The notes under the pieces: generated by a model
Databases searched by the model: none
Seen by the model: only the letters and a program-made list of their open reading frames with translations
Told to the model about the DNA's origin: nothing
Made by a program: the position numbers and the translations under genes
NCBI GenBank assembly: GCA_044226015.1
Contig: JBGAHS010000001.1
Location: 672,001-736,000, forward strand
From: Candidatus Obscuribacteraceae bacterium
GTDB lineage: Bacteria > Cyanobacteriota > Vampirovibrionia > Obscuribacterales > Obscuribacteraceae
Reading direction: 5' to 3'
Length of the DNA stretch: 64,000 bases
Shown here: piece after piece, positions 38,795-48,430 of the stretch
Layout of the letters: every line of letters starts with the position of its first letter
How positions within the stretch are numbered: the first letter of the stretch is position 1

Positions 38795-39571
38795 ATGGCC
38801 ATCCAATTAAGCGAGCGAGATATGATGATCTTCAAGTTCATTGAAGAGCACCAGGTACTTCTCGAAAAGCATATTGCCTGGTTCATTTCCTGCGATGAAA
38901 AGCCAGTCTTGATTCGCGATAGACTCAGGAAACTTTTTTACCTCGACTATCTTCTTTGTCAACGTCACGCAGGCAAATTGCCCTGGTGGACAACTCCGAC
39001 AAAGCCGCTAGTCTATATGCTCTCGCCCATGGCGCGTGGTATGGTAGCAAGTTCAGAGTGCGAGATGGACCTATCAGATACTGATGTTCAGCGCCACTTG
39101 CTTGAAGTAGCAAATTTGCGCATGATATTTTTGACAGACCAGAAAGCTGGACTCATCACCGAGTTTCACTGGACAACTGTACCGAGCGTGAGTTCACTGG
39201 CAACTATTTGTGCGACAGTTTCTTTCAACAGAAACGGCAGAGTTCATAGAGCCGCTGTGATCAACAACTTTGGCATCGCCGCAGACAGCGCGCGTGAGGC
39301 TGCAGAAAAAGCTATCGCAGATGGAAGCTCAGATATGATCTGGATAATTTCTTCTGATGAAGCTCAGCAAGAAACTCTGCAACAAGCTCTTAGCAGTTCG
39401 AATATTGCAAACAGAATTGCATTCACTACTCACCAGGAAATATACAAAGCTGGTGTTGTTAAAGCAAAATGGCAGAGTGCAAGCAAAGCTTATGCTCCCG
39501 TTATTGCCGAATCTGTCGTCGTGGCACACACCAATATGGCTTGGAATCCAAGCATGGCAACTCCAGCCTGA
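38795..39571 (+). CDS. Replication-relaxation (Replic_Relax)-like winged-helix protein; nuclease motif apparently degenerate
   Basis: LSERD..IF..I..H..L...HI, RDRLRKL...YL, P..Y.LS..A, RHLLEVANL. No PD or ExD motif seen downstream. GAGGA RBS. Confidence 0.6.
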   Translation: MAIQLSERDMMIFKFIEEHQVLLEKHIAWFISCDEKPVLIRDRLRKLFYLDYLLCQRHAGKLPWWTTPTKPLVYMLSPMARGMVASSECEMDLSDTDVQRHLLEVANLRMIFLTDQKAGLITEFHWTTVPSVSSLATICATVSFNRNGRVHRAAVINNFGIAADSAREAAEKAIADGSSDMIWIISSDEAQQETLQQALSSSNIANRIAFTTHQEIYKAGVVKAKWQSASKAYAPVIAESVVVAHTNMAWNPSMATPA

Positions 39572-39672
39572 GCGAGATCGGCTGAAATCCTTTCCAGCAC
39601 TATGTTGGAACCCTGAGTATATTGAAAGAGCGATGTATCCCATCGCTCTTTTTTGCTAAGATTGCCAATAAC

Positions 39673-41187
39673 ATGGATCATAATCGGGAAATTGAGGCAG
39701 ATGAGGTTCGCGGCGAGACCGTCGTGAGCCCTCCTGAGGATCTGGCAAAGGTCGAGCACTCTGCTTCTCAGCCAAGTGCTGTAGATGCCAGAGCAAACAC
39801 CGATAGATCTGGTCAAAAACTTTCTGAAGAACTTCTAGACGCCCCCCTTGTACATGGTGGGCTCTGGAAAGCGATCTGGCTAATGTCCTGGCCGCTTTTA
39901 ATCAGCACTGTTGCCACGTCCATTGTTGGAGCAATTGATGTCCAGGTTTCCGGCTACCTGGGCAAAGAAGCGCAGGCTGCTGTGGGCATCGCAGAGCACG
40001 TGCTTTTCCTCTTTATGGTGTTCATCTTCTCTGTCAGTGTAGGCACCACGGCCATTGTTTCACGAGAGTTCGGCGAGGGAAATCTTGCTGGTACCATTGA
40101 TGGTGCCAGTCAATCGATTCAGCTTTCAGTTAGCAGTGGGTTTGTTCTTGCCTTAGCTGCCCTTTGTTTTGCCCATGTTTTGTTGCCATTCTTGAGCAAA
40201 GACCCTGAGATAATTCAGCTAGGCTCTACCTATCTGTCTATATTTAGCCTTTACATGGTACCTTTCAGTTTAATTTGCATTATCAATTCAGCCTTTCGTG
40301 CAATTGGTGATTCCAAAACGCCTCTATTTATTGTTCTGTTCGAGGTGATTGCCAACATTTTTGGTGACTATGCGGTTGTGTTGTGGAACTGGCCGGTTCC
40401 AGGTTTAGGTTTACGTGGTATCGCTGGGGCTGCGGTTGTATCCGCATTTATAGCTGCAGTGGTATCACTGGTGATGATTCGCCGATCACCTTTGCGTGAG
40501 GCACTGACATTGAATCGCCTCGGAAAATTTGATTGGAGCTGGCAAAAACGAATCTTGAAGATAGGCTTGCCTTCTGCAATTCAGCGGCTCGGCTGGGCGG
40601 GTAGCGTCTTTGCAGTTTTCTTCATTCTGGCTCAATTAAAAGAAAGTACTGCTGCTCTGGCCTCATGGACTATTGGAATGAGAATTGAGGCTTTACTTTT
40701 CATGCCACTAATGGCTTTTTCGCTTGCGGTCTCATCGATAGTAGGGCAAAATCTTGGTGCAGGTAAGCCAGAAAGAGCAATAAAAGCTGGTTGGAACGTC
40801 ACTCTCATTGGAGTGATTTCCATGTTTATTCTAGCCGCTGGCATGTATTTGCTGGCAGATCCTATTGCGCATTCCATGAGTCAAGATGCAAAAACAATTT
40901 CATTTGCGGCAGATTACATGCGAATAAATGCCATGGGCGAGCCATTCCTTGCCGTAGCTATGGTACTCATGGGTGCTATGCAAGGTGCTGGTGATACGAA
41001 GATTCCAATGTGGATTTCCTTGTTCTGCAATTGGGTGGTGCGTTTGCCTCTTGCCTGGTGGCTGGCGCTTAATTGCAAGCTAGAAACAAATGGTGTCTGG
41101 TACGCGATGATCAGTTCTGTCTTAGCCTGCGCGATTCTCTGTACTGTCAGATATCAATCGAAGCAGTGGCTCAAGGTGAAAATTTGA
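39673..41187 (+). CDS. MATE-family efflux transporter
   Basis: About 12 TM helices, WPLLI, AQAAVG, FRAIGDSKTPL, VGQNLGAG, MQGAGDTKIP. Confidence 0.93.
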   Translation: MDHNREIEADEVRGETVVSPPEDLAKVEHSASQPSAVDARANTDRSGQKLSEELLDAPLVHGGLWKAIWLMSWPLLISTVATSIVGAIDVQVSGYLGKEAQAAVGIAEHVLFLFMVFIFSVSVGTTAIVSREFGEGNLAGTIDGASQSIQLSVSSGFVLALAALCFAHVLLPFLSKDPEIIQLGSTYLSIFSLYMVPFSLICIINSAFRAIGDSKTPLFIVLFEVIANIFGDYAVVLWNWPVPGLGLRGIAGAAVVSAFIAAVVSLVMIRRSPLREALTLNRLGKFDWSWQKRILKIGLPSAIQRLGWAGSVFAVFFILAQLKESTAALASWTIGMRIEALLFMPLMAFSLAVSSIVGQNLGAGKPERAIKAGWNVTLIGVISMFILAAGMYLLADPIAHSMSQDAKTISFAADYMRINAMGEPFLAVAMVLMGAMQGAGDTKIPMWISLFCNWVVRLPLAWWLALNCKLETNGVWYAMISSVLACAILCTVRYQSKQWLKVKI

Positions 41188-43168
41188 GCTTTTGCTCATT
41201 CAGAAAAGCGCGGATGTCAGAGACCTCTTTGCGGTGCATGTCATCAAATTCTGCCGGTTTTTCTTTCACCCATTTTTCGGCTCCTTGTAAGTACATTTCT
41301 GCTTCGCTTATTTTGTTGTTTGCCACCAGCAGGCGCACTAATTTGCCGGCAATATTTGATGCGCTGCCAGGACTTGCTACGGTTGGCGGCAATTGCTCAA
41401 TTTGTTGGAACGCTGTTTTCAATTCATCAACAGCATCCTCTGATTTACCAGCGCGGAAGGATATTTCACTCAAAGTATCTAACAAGTTGATTTTGTCTAT
41501 TCCTTCTGTTTTTGGATCTTTGTTGATGGTGGCAATCTCCTTCTTTGTAGCGAGATAGAGTTTATCGAACTCATGGAATTTCTTGAAATGCAATTCTGTC
41601 TCTAGTTCCGCAAGATGAAGTACTGCGGTGTCGACCTGACGGTCAGCCCCGCTCTCTAACTCTACGTAGTGTTTTACAGCCTCGAGAAATCTTCTGCTTT
41701 TGAATTCTGTCTTGTCCGAGAGAAGATCTAGAGTTGTGGAATGAATTTGCCATGCCATGCTATGCAGGCTGCCCTCACTGCCAACAATCGTCACAAGGTG
41801 GTATGAAATTTCTGAGCCCTCACCTTGCTTAAAGAACTCGTTATCATAATTCATCATGATAAAAACTTGACCAGGGTCGAAGCTTCCTTTTTTCGGAGTC
41901 AGACCCTCAACGATGCTGCTGACGCCTCTGAGAATAGCGAGGTCTTGATGAGCAAATTCATTGCTTTTATGATTATTTGGATACTCTGTTCCTAACAAAT
42001 TATATGCTTTGGCTGCAAGTGCGAGAGCCTGTTCTTCCTTTCCTTCCTCTTTCGCGCGATGTGCATCAGTAACATACTGTTTTGCTCGAGCTATTGTAGA
42101 CTCGCGGACATTCCTTTTTATTCTAACGGCAGGCAGCTGGTCGTTAGTCGTATGTGAGGTAAAGAAGATTGAGAGCCCAATCACTGTTATTAACACGATG
42201 CAAATTGCAGCAATGAAGGCCCACTGCTTTTCATTTCGTTTTGCCGCGCGGACCTTAGGTGCTTTATCCAGTGTGATGTCGTTCAAAACCTGGTTCAGTT
42301 TCTCAGCAAAAACTTGAGCTGATGCTGGACGATCAGCTGGGAGTTTTGCCAATCCCCACAATAAAAGTTTGGACAGTTCTATCGGTACTTCCATACGGCT
42401 GCTGAACTCTGCGGCTGTTGGAACTGGTGAATTGACGTGCATGAGCATGGTATCAAAGGCAGAGTCACCTTTAAATGGAGCTTCGCCTGAAAGAGCCATG
42501 TACATTACACAGCAAAGAGAGTAAATGTCTGACCTTCCATCGATGCTGGAGTTCTGACATTGTTCTGGGCTCATGAAAGAAGGGCTACCAACGACAGTTC
42601 CTGTGCGTGTCAGGTTCAAGGATTTTTCGTCGTAGAGTTTTGCTATTCCGAAATCCAAAAGCTTTACTATAGGTTTATCTGGATTTTCAGAATTCTCGCA
42701 AATCATTATGTTTGCTGGCTTGATGTCTCTATGCACAATGCCTGCAGCATGTGCTTTTTGTAGTGCTGAAAGTAATGGAATAAAGATGCTTTGAAAACGA
42801 CGAAATGTGAGAGGCGCATTCTTTGCGATTTCGTCAGATAGCGGAACACCATCCAGGTATTCGAAAATCAAATAGGGCTCTTCATTTTTAGTTAGCCCGT
42901 ACGCGAGTGTTTTGACTATTACCGGGTCGTCCATCGCTGAGCACAACTTTGCTTCTTGATGAAACCTGTCAATTCCGTTTGAGCCAGCCAGAGTAGCTTT
43001 AGAGAGTACTTTTACGGCCACGATTCGATCAAGCCTGCGTTGCCTGGCCTTGAACACTTGAGCCATGCCGCCTCTACCAATAGGCTCAATTATTTCGATT
43101 TCCGGAATGCTGGGAAAATCAGCTTGTACTGGTTTTAGCTCAGGATTTGATTCGTCCTGATGATTCAT
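41171..43168 (-). CDS. Hanks-type Ser/Thr protein kinase with a TM helix and TPR-like C-terminal region
   Basis: IGRGGMAQVF, VAVKVL, HRDIKPAN, DFG, FMSPE, SDIYS. Start taken at MNHQD, behind GAGAGG. Confidence 0.95.
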   Translation of the reverse strand: MNHQDESNPELKPVQADFPSIPEIEIIEPIGRGGMAQVFKARQRRLDRIVAVKVLSKATLAGSNGIDRFHQEAKLCSAMDDPVIVKTLAYGLTKNEEPYLIFEYLDGVPLSDEIAKNAPLTFRRFQSIFIPLLSALQKAHAAGIVHRDIKPANIMICENSENPDKPIVKLLDFGIAKLYDEKSLNLTRTGTVVGSPSFMSPEQCQNSSIDGRSDIYSLCCVMYMALSGEAPFKGDSAFDTMLMHVNSPVPTAAEFSSRMEVPIELSKLLLWGLAKLPADRPASAQVFAEKLNQVLNDITLDKAPKVRAAKRNEKQWAFIAAICIVLITVIGLSIFFTSHTTNDQLPAVRIKRNVRESTIARAKQYVTDAHRAKEEGKEEQALALAAKAYNLLGTEYPNNHKSNEFAHQDLAILRGVSSIVEGLTPKKGSFDPGQVFIMMNYDNEFFKQGEGSEISYHLVTIVGSEGSLHSMAWQIHSTTLDLLSDKTEFKSRRFLEAVKHYVELESGADRQVDTAVLHLAELETELHFKKFHEFDKLYLATKKEIATINKDPKTEGIDKINLLDTLSEISFRAGKSEDAVDELKTAFQQIEQLPPTVASPGSASNIAGKLVRLLVANNKISEAEMYLQGAEKWVKEKPAEFDDMHRKEVSDIRAFLNEQKLKFSP

Positions 43169-43344
43169 AGCCCAACCTCTCTCGCAAAATTTGCGACTCA
43201 CTCTAGACTGTTGGGGGGTAATATCTTCTATTCCCAATCCAACATTCGATTCACATGAATTGGATAAAACTAACCATTCTTTGAGTAAGCCAAAACTCTG
43301 GTTGTTTCCCTTCTCAAAACAAGGGCAGCATCATTACTTGCAAA

Positions 43345-43392
43345 TTAAAAGTGAATGGCACCTGGACCGGGAAGGGTAGTGCCATTCACTTT
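43345..43392 (-). terminator. Intrinsic terminator-like hairpin downstream of the 43418-44155 gene
   Basis: 14-bp perfect inverted repeat AAAGTGAATGGCAC / GTGCCATTCACTTT, with a U-rich tail on the minus strand. Confidence 0.7.
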
Positions 43393-43417
43393 GTATCAGA
43401 ATCTATAATTACTGAAC

Positions 43418-44155
43418 TTAGTTGCCTTTGAGAGCTTTGCCGGTGGCTTCAAGCCCTTGCTTGAGTGCATTTTTGTCCATTTGCATCATTCCGCCGCCAC
43501 CGTGCTCAATAGCATTATTGAGTTCCTTGGCGCCATTCATTATGCCTCCACCCCACTGGTGGAATCGTCTGCCGAAATGGATGCCTTGTCCATCACGTTG
43601 AATAGTTGTGAAGCCGTTTTCGTCGAAGCTGACTTTCGAGCCATCTTTGAATTCAACGCTCGTTTCGCCGTACTTATCTGTGGAAACCTTGTTTACGTCA
43701 CCTTTTATGGTATTGCTTCCATCTGGGTTGATAGAGATGCTATCGCCATTTGGTGTGAATAGAGTTTGCTTGCCGTCTTCACGTACAATAAAGTCTCCGG
43801 TAGGAAGCTTTTCGACTCCGTCTTTTGGCTTGAAGAAATCCTTGAGCTGATCGTGCATCTCATTCATGCCATTCTTATCAGTGATATTCTTGATGGCATC
43901 GATAATCTTCTTGTCGTCATGTATGGCGTTTATGCCTTCATGCTTTTCATTTTTTGCTCCGTCTTGAATACTCATCGATGGTAATGCGTCTGCTGCGGCC
44001 TTGCCTACGGACTTGGCCATTTCGCTCACTGTGGAAGCTGCGCCGGTGCTGGCAGAACGCAACGCTTCTTCTGCTAACGCAGATTTTGGTGACTCTTTTG
44101 CTTCAACTTGTTCTGATGGTTTTTTCTCAACAACTTCTTGTTTCTCTGCAGCCAT
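43418..44155 (-). CDS. Hypothetical protein with short beta-hairpin repeats
   Basis: AAGGAG RBS. Motifs FTPNGDSISINPDG and EFKDGSKVSFDENG. Terminator follows. Confidence 0.8.
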   Translation of the reverse strand: MAAEKQEVVEKKPSEQVEAKESPKSALAEEALRSASTGAASTVSEMAKSVGKAAADALPSMSIQDGAKNEKHEGINAIHDDKKIIDAIKNITDKNGMNEMHDQLKDFFKPKDGVEKLPTGDFIVREDGKQTLFTPNGDSISINPDGSNTIKGDVNKVSTDKYGETSVEFKDGSKVSFDENGFTTIQRDGQGIHFGRRFHQWGGGIMNGAKELNNAIEHGGGGMMQMDKNALKQGLEATGKALKGN

Positions 44156-44437
44156 GATAATGCGCTCCTTCCAATTTTCCTGGTACGTTCCAAGCCTTAA
44201 TTAGTCCGTACAACTTTTGGTTAGAATCAATTTGCAACCAACTCATCGATTCGTGACCCTTGATGAAATGATTATGCTTTTTGCAAACTTCGAAAACTAG
44301 TCGACCCTCCGTATTCCTCTTGCGCAAATCCGCAAACCTAATGCTGGTGTGTCTTTGCGTATTTGGGCTTGCACAATTGTGCAGTGCTTCATCGTATTTG
44401 CCGCTTTGACTCGTCGTGCTTTTAGCTTATATTTAGG

Positions 44438-45310
44438 ATGGCTGGCAAGATGGTAGATTGTGTGGTTGAATCAAGCGAAAAAAGCAGTGAAGATGGCGTC
44501 GAGCGCCAGGTTGCTCAGTCTGGCTCGGAGAACCTTTTACGTGATGCACAGGGGCAGCGATTTGGTAATCGCGAACTAGATGCTGCTGTAGCTGAAATTC
44601 AGCGGCAGGAATCTTACAAGGGTGCCGTTAAGACTGAAGCTGATGCCGAGATAAATTGGAATCAGTCTATAGGTAATGCGAAATCGCTAAGTGCTGCAGA
44701 CATAAAAAGCCGCTTGAATGACAATAATCTTTCTCCCCAAGCAAAGGGATTTTTGCAATTCCTGGACGATAACTTTTCAAACCTTGCAGGTGCTGTAAGC
44801 AAGGATGCATCTCATGTGAGCAAAGCTGATTTGATGGCGATTGGTGGAATGAATTCTGTTTCCCCTGAACGAATCGATGCAGGTGCCAAGTTCTTGAAGG
44901 ACCATTTTTTTGAACTCTCGGGACTCGATGATAAAGTAAGCGCCCAGCGAATTGACAGGCTTATTTACGACCATTCCTTTCAGCTGTTTTCAAAAGAAAC
45001 GCAAGATCGTCTTTATGATATTGCGAACGTGGTCAAAAGTTCGGACCAGAGTCCGCAAAGTTTTGAGCAGGGTAAACGAGTTCGCTCAGGTTTGACCAGA
45101 GACGACGCGAATACGCTGCAAGCGCAAGAATTGAGCGATAACCTTCGCATTCAGGCTTTGCAGAAAGCACTTTACGGTGCAAAGCTGCAGCGCTTTGATG
45201 GGAAAACACTCGGTGGTGATTCCAGCTCGCAATACAATGCAGCTGCGCAAAGATATCGTGAGCTACAGAAGAAGGGGCTGGATAGTTTCCTCGCTGCTCA
45301 AGATAGATAA
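44438..45310 (+). CDS. Hypothetical protein with a duplicated helical, EF-hand-like unit
   Basis: FLDDNFSNLAG...VSKADL and FLKDHFFELSG...VSAQRI. Confidence 0.65.
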   Translation: MAGKMVDCVVESSEKSSEDGVERQVAQSGSENLLRDAQGQRFGNRELDAAVAEIQRQESYKGAVKTEADAEINWNQSIGNAKSLSAADIKSRLNDNNLSPQAKGFLQFLDDNFSNLAGAVSKDASHVSKADLMAIGGMNSVSPERIDAGAKFLKDHFFELSGLDDKVSAQRIDRLIYDHSFQLFSKETQDRLYDIANVVKSSDQSPQSFEQGKRVRSGLTRDDANTLQAQELSDNLRIQALQKALYGAKLQRFDGKTLGGDSSSQYNAAAQRYRELQKKGLDSFLAAQDR

Positions 45311-45409
45311 CAATAATTAGAAATGAATATTGGCCATTTAGTTCGCCGCGATGTCGCTAAGTCAGGGCTCCTGTTTACAGTCGTGAGAATTTCTGCTTTT
45401 GCTGTCTGC

Positions 45410-46723
45410 TTAGCGGTAGCCCGGTCTAGGTATGGTTTTTGATGGTGTGCGCGGTGGGAGAATAACTCTTTCGACCTCTCCTGAACGTTCTGAGAAGGCA
45501 CCATTGGCGGTATTAGTGCTGGCATTGAACTGGCAATTAAAGCTTACTATCTGGCGTTGTGAATTTGGAGGGAAGTCGAGCACAGAATTGCCATTCAAAG
45601 AGGCAACTGCATCTAGCAGGTTCTTCTTAAAATCAGGTGCCTGAGTACTGACTCGCAAAATCTGTGCTTCTATTGTTTTGTTTCTTCTGACTGTTATGCG
45701 CAGGGTTGCTATTCCAAGTTGACGTCCGCGTGCCGCCCAGTTTCTATACATCGCATTGCTGACCTTTTGATACCACGCATCCCACAAAATTGACTGATCA
45801 ACAGGGCGCAGCGGAATGCCCCAACCCAGGTTTGTATTCATGTTGATGGGTCTTATAGGAGGAATCGAGCCAGGTAGCCTTCTGGTGTAGAAATTGGGGT
45901 CTACAGCCAGGTTGTTCTGGGGTAAGTCCCAATTTCCCCAATCTGCCTGACCTTGAATACGATTAGCTCTTCTGTAGCCCGGCATGTTCCCTTGCCAGCC
46001 ACCATATGCGGTGTTATAGCCCCAGTAGTAACCATACCAGTTGTCTCTTCCCCGACCCCACCTGTAGGGGATGCCTACGGTCCAGTAGTTGCCAACCCTC
46101 CAACCGTTTCCGATAGACCAACCATTGCCTACTGACCACCTGTACTCGGGCACTGTCTTTGTCCGCCACTGTCTTATTGAGCCCAGGCGGCTGAAATCTT
46201 GTCTGGGAGTCATTGCTTTCAGAGGCAACTGAAAGTTTTCTGCTTTCAACGAATTGTCTAAATTGCTGCCGTTCAAGTTGCTATTGTCAGCCTGTCCCTG
46301 CAAAATCGAGCTGTAATCAGAGCCTGGGAGGACACGCACAGATTTGCCGAACAAGTCCGGAAAAGAGCGCTTCAAATGATTCATCAAATCTTGTCGTTCG
46401 ACTTTCCCTTGTAGTTTGCTGCGATCGTAGAGCCCGTCACCGAATAACATGTCTTGAGATTCGTATTTTTGGTCTTGCAGAGCATTCCTTTCCAGGCTCG
46501 AACTGAAGCGAGGAACTTTTTTTTCTTCAGGGTCGGCTTCCTCATTTTGTTCAACTTTGCCCTCTAGCTGATCTCTGATCGAAGGCGTTGAACCGACGAT
46601 GAGGTCATCTGCGCGACTCGCCGTAGCGCTTAGAAGTCCAGTGAAAAGAAGCAATGAAAGCTCAATTGGTCGGCGAACGTGCCAAGCTGAAAACCTGTGA
46701 TGAAGGCAGATCGGGCGTATCAT
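45410..46723 (-). CDS. Exported protein with a Trp/Gly-rich region and C-terminal TonB/TolA-like domain
   Basis: Signal-like segment, WSVGNGWSIGNGWRVGNYWTVG repeat, WDAWYQKV...ITVRRN...LDFP. Confidence 0.65.
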   Translation of the reverse strand: MIRPICLHHRFSAWHVRRPIELSLLLFTGLLSATASRADDLIVGSTPSIRDQLEGKVEQNEEADPEEKKVPRFSSSLERNALQDQKYESQDMLFGDGLYDRSKLQGKVERQDLMNHLKRSFPDLFGKSVRVLPGSDYSSILQGQADNSNLNGSNLDNSLKAENFQLPLKAMTPRQDFSRLGSIRQWRTKTVPEYRWSVGNGWSIGNGWRVGNYWTVGIPYRWGRGRDNWYGYYWGYNTAYGGWQGNMPGYRRANRIQGQADWGNWDLPQNNLAVDPNFYTRRLPGSIPPIRPINMNTNLGWGIPLRPVDQSILWDAWYQKVSNAMYRNWAARGRQLGIATLRITVRRNKTIEAQILRVSTQAPDFKKNLLDAVASLNGNSVLDFPPNSQRQIVSFNCQFNASTNTANGAFSERSGEVERVILPPRTPSKTIPRPGYR

Positions 46724-46733
46724 GCGCAGCTCC

Positions 46734-47414
46734 TCAACGTGGGGCAGTCACACGTTCGTAATCACCATGCTTCCATGAATAACCTTGTGGACCGTCGTTG
46801 CGGTCAGTGTAAGTAAATTTCGTTGTAAGGCTAACTTCTCCACGCTGTGACTTTATGGGAAAGCTAAGCGCTAGTGGATCTAGCAGCTGCAATGTTTTTC
46901 CAACGGCGTGTTCGAACATCTGTTTTTGATTTGGTGAAAACTGTTCATCAGGGGCAACGTGGAAATCCTTCAGTTGAAAATCGATGTCACCGCTTCGGCT
47001 GATTTTTAAGTCTACACTGGCGTCTCCCGGTATATTGCCGCATTCAAGCCAGTTATGATAAATGGCACTACAAAGACTCTTGTGCCAGTGTTCCCACTCT
47101 ACAACCAGTTCTTTGTCTGAGCCATCAGCACTGCCTTGCAGCGACTTTGCAAAACTATCAAATGTAGATTTGTCCAGCATTCCCGCCACAGAGTTTGCTA
47201 AGGCGTTATTTGCGCTTGTTTTTTTCTTCACCGAGTTTGGTATCATTTCCATCGCGTCACCAACCGGGCGGCTTGGTAGAGCTGGACGAGTTACGCGCTT
47301 AGCAGTGTTCTTCTGTTCAATGCGTCCTTGCAGCGGTTCATCGGCCTGGCACGAGAGCATGCTTAAATAAGCGCAAGTCGATAGGGCTAATAGTTTGACG
47401 AGCTGTCGCTTCAT
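46734..47414 (-). CDS. Exported protein with a TonB/TolA C-terminal-like domain
   Basis: Signal peptide, WEHWHKSL...KISRSGDI...LSFP..S.R. Paralogous to the 45410 and 59497 genes. Confidence 0.65.
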   Translation of the reverse strand: MKRQLVKLLALSTCAYLSMLSCQADEPLQGRIEQKNTAKRVTRPALPSRPVGDAMEMIPNSVKKKTSANNALANSVAGMLDKSTFDSFAKSLQGSADGSDKELVVEWEHWHKSLCSAIYHNWLECGNIPGDASVDLKISRSGDIDFQLKDFHVAPDEQFSPNQKQMFEHAVGKTLQLLDPLALSFPIKSQRGEVSLTTKFTYTDRNDGPQGYSWKHGDYERVTAPR

Positions 47415-48412
47415 CGAATCCAGCCTCCCACCCCGACATTGTTTGTAGCTTCTCCTCCAGCCATAGGATGCACCTGGTTGAGTGCTATTTTGGCTGAGTC
47501 AATGAGCGCCTCATCTTGTGCGACCTGAATTTCTTGATCTAGTTCAATGAGCGCTCTGCGGTAAGTCTCGTCGGTGGGTTCCAGATAGATGGCCATCTTC
47601 AAATGATATGCGGACCACTCGAAGACTTTTAGCGCTCGTAGCGATTGCCCCAGTGCAAAATGCACCTTTGGCTCGTTTGGAAATACTTTTACGAGTTGGT
47701 TCAGCTGCTTTGCTGCCTCGTAATAATCGCCGTTTTGAAACGCGAGTTTAGCTCTTTGTCCAGCATCCACGAGGTTATCTTGCCGTTTGTTTTCTCTTGC
47801 CTCGGCATCGATGCGCATTTTAAGTTGAACGTCTGTAATTGCTTTCTGAAAGTCTCTGTCAGTGGGTTTCAAGGCTAAAGCGTCTTTGTAATAAGACAGT
47901 GCTCGGTTAAGGTCGTTATGCCATTCTGCGATTGCACCCAGGTTGTACTTTGCGTCTGCATTCTTCGGGGTAAGTTGCAGTACTTTCTTGAAGAGCTTTT
48001 CTGCTTCGTCATACCTCTGCCCATTAAACGCTGATACGCCTTTTTCAAAAAACTCAAGTGCGTCCTCTTCGATGGATAGGTCCTCGAATGGTTTCAGTTT
48101 TTGATATCCCTTAGTCATCGGTGCTTTTGACATTCGAGGACCTGTTGCAGCATAAGTGCATTGAGAACTCAAAATAAGAATTACCAGAGACAGCGCGACT
48201 GCCGCATAGCTTGATGAAAATTGAACCTGTTTAGCCAAGACCTTATCCTCCGTCTTGAACATGCCCAGTTTCAAGCAGGAATATCTCCCTGAACCAAATA
48301 TCTTTGCAAGCTGTAAAGCATTGCCAGGGTTGAATAGTTTGCTGTCGGATACTTTTATGCTGCGCCAGGGGATCTGGCGGCAGAAAATCTGCCAGCAGAT
48401 GTGCCAGAACAC
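47411..48412 (-). CDS. TPR-repeat protein, probably exported; true start likely downstream of the track start
   Basis: EAEKLFKKVLQLTP, AKYNLGAI, VHFALGQSL. Hydrophobic signal-like stretch near aa 70-90. Confidence 0.8.
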   Translation of the reverse strand: MFWHICWQIFCRQIPWRSIKVSDSKLFNPGNALQLAKIFGSGRYSCLKLGMFKTEDKVLAKQVQFSSSYAAVALSLVILILSSQCTYAATGPRMSKAPMTKGYQKLKPFEDLSIEEDALEFFEKGVSAFNGQRYDEAEKLFKKVLQLTPKNADAKYNLGAIAEWHNDLNRALSYYKDALALKPTDRDFQKAITDVQLKMRIDAEARENKRQDNLVDAGQRAKLAFQNGDYYEAAKQLNQLVKVFPNEPKVHFALGQSLRALKVFEWSAYHLKMAIYLEPTDETYRRALIELDQEIQVAQDEALIDSAKIALNQVHPMAGGEATNNVGVGGWIR

Positions 48413-48430
48413 ACGCCAGAATAAGCGCAG

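Noticed and set aside
30253..39571. Intact ICE or conjugative element
   Set aside because: No integrase, VirB4, coupling protein, tRNA target or flanking direct repeats were seen. Only pilin-like and relaxase-like hints are present.
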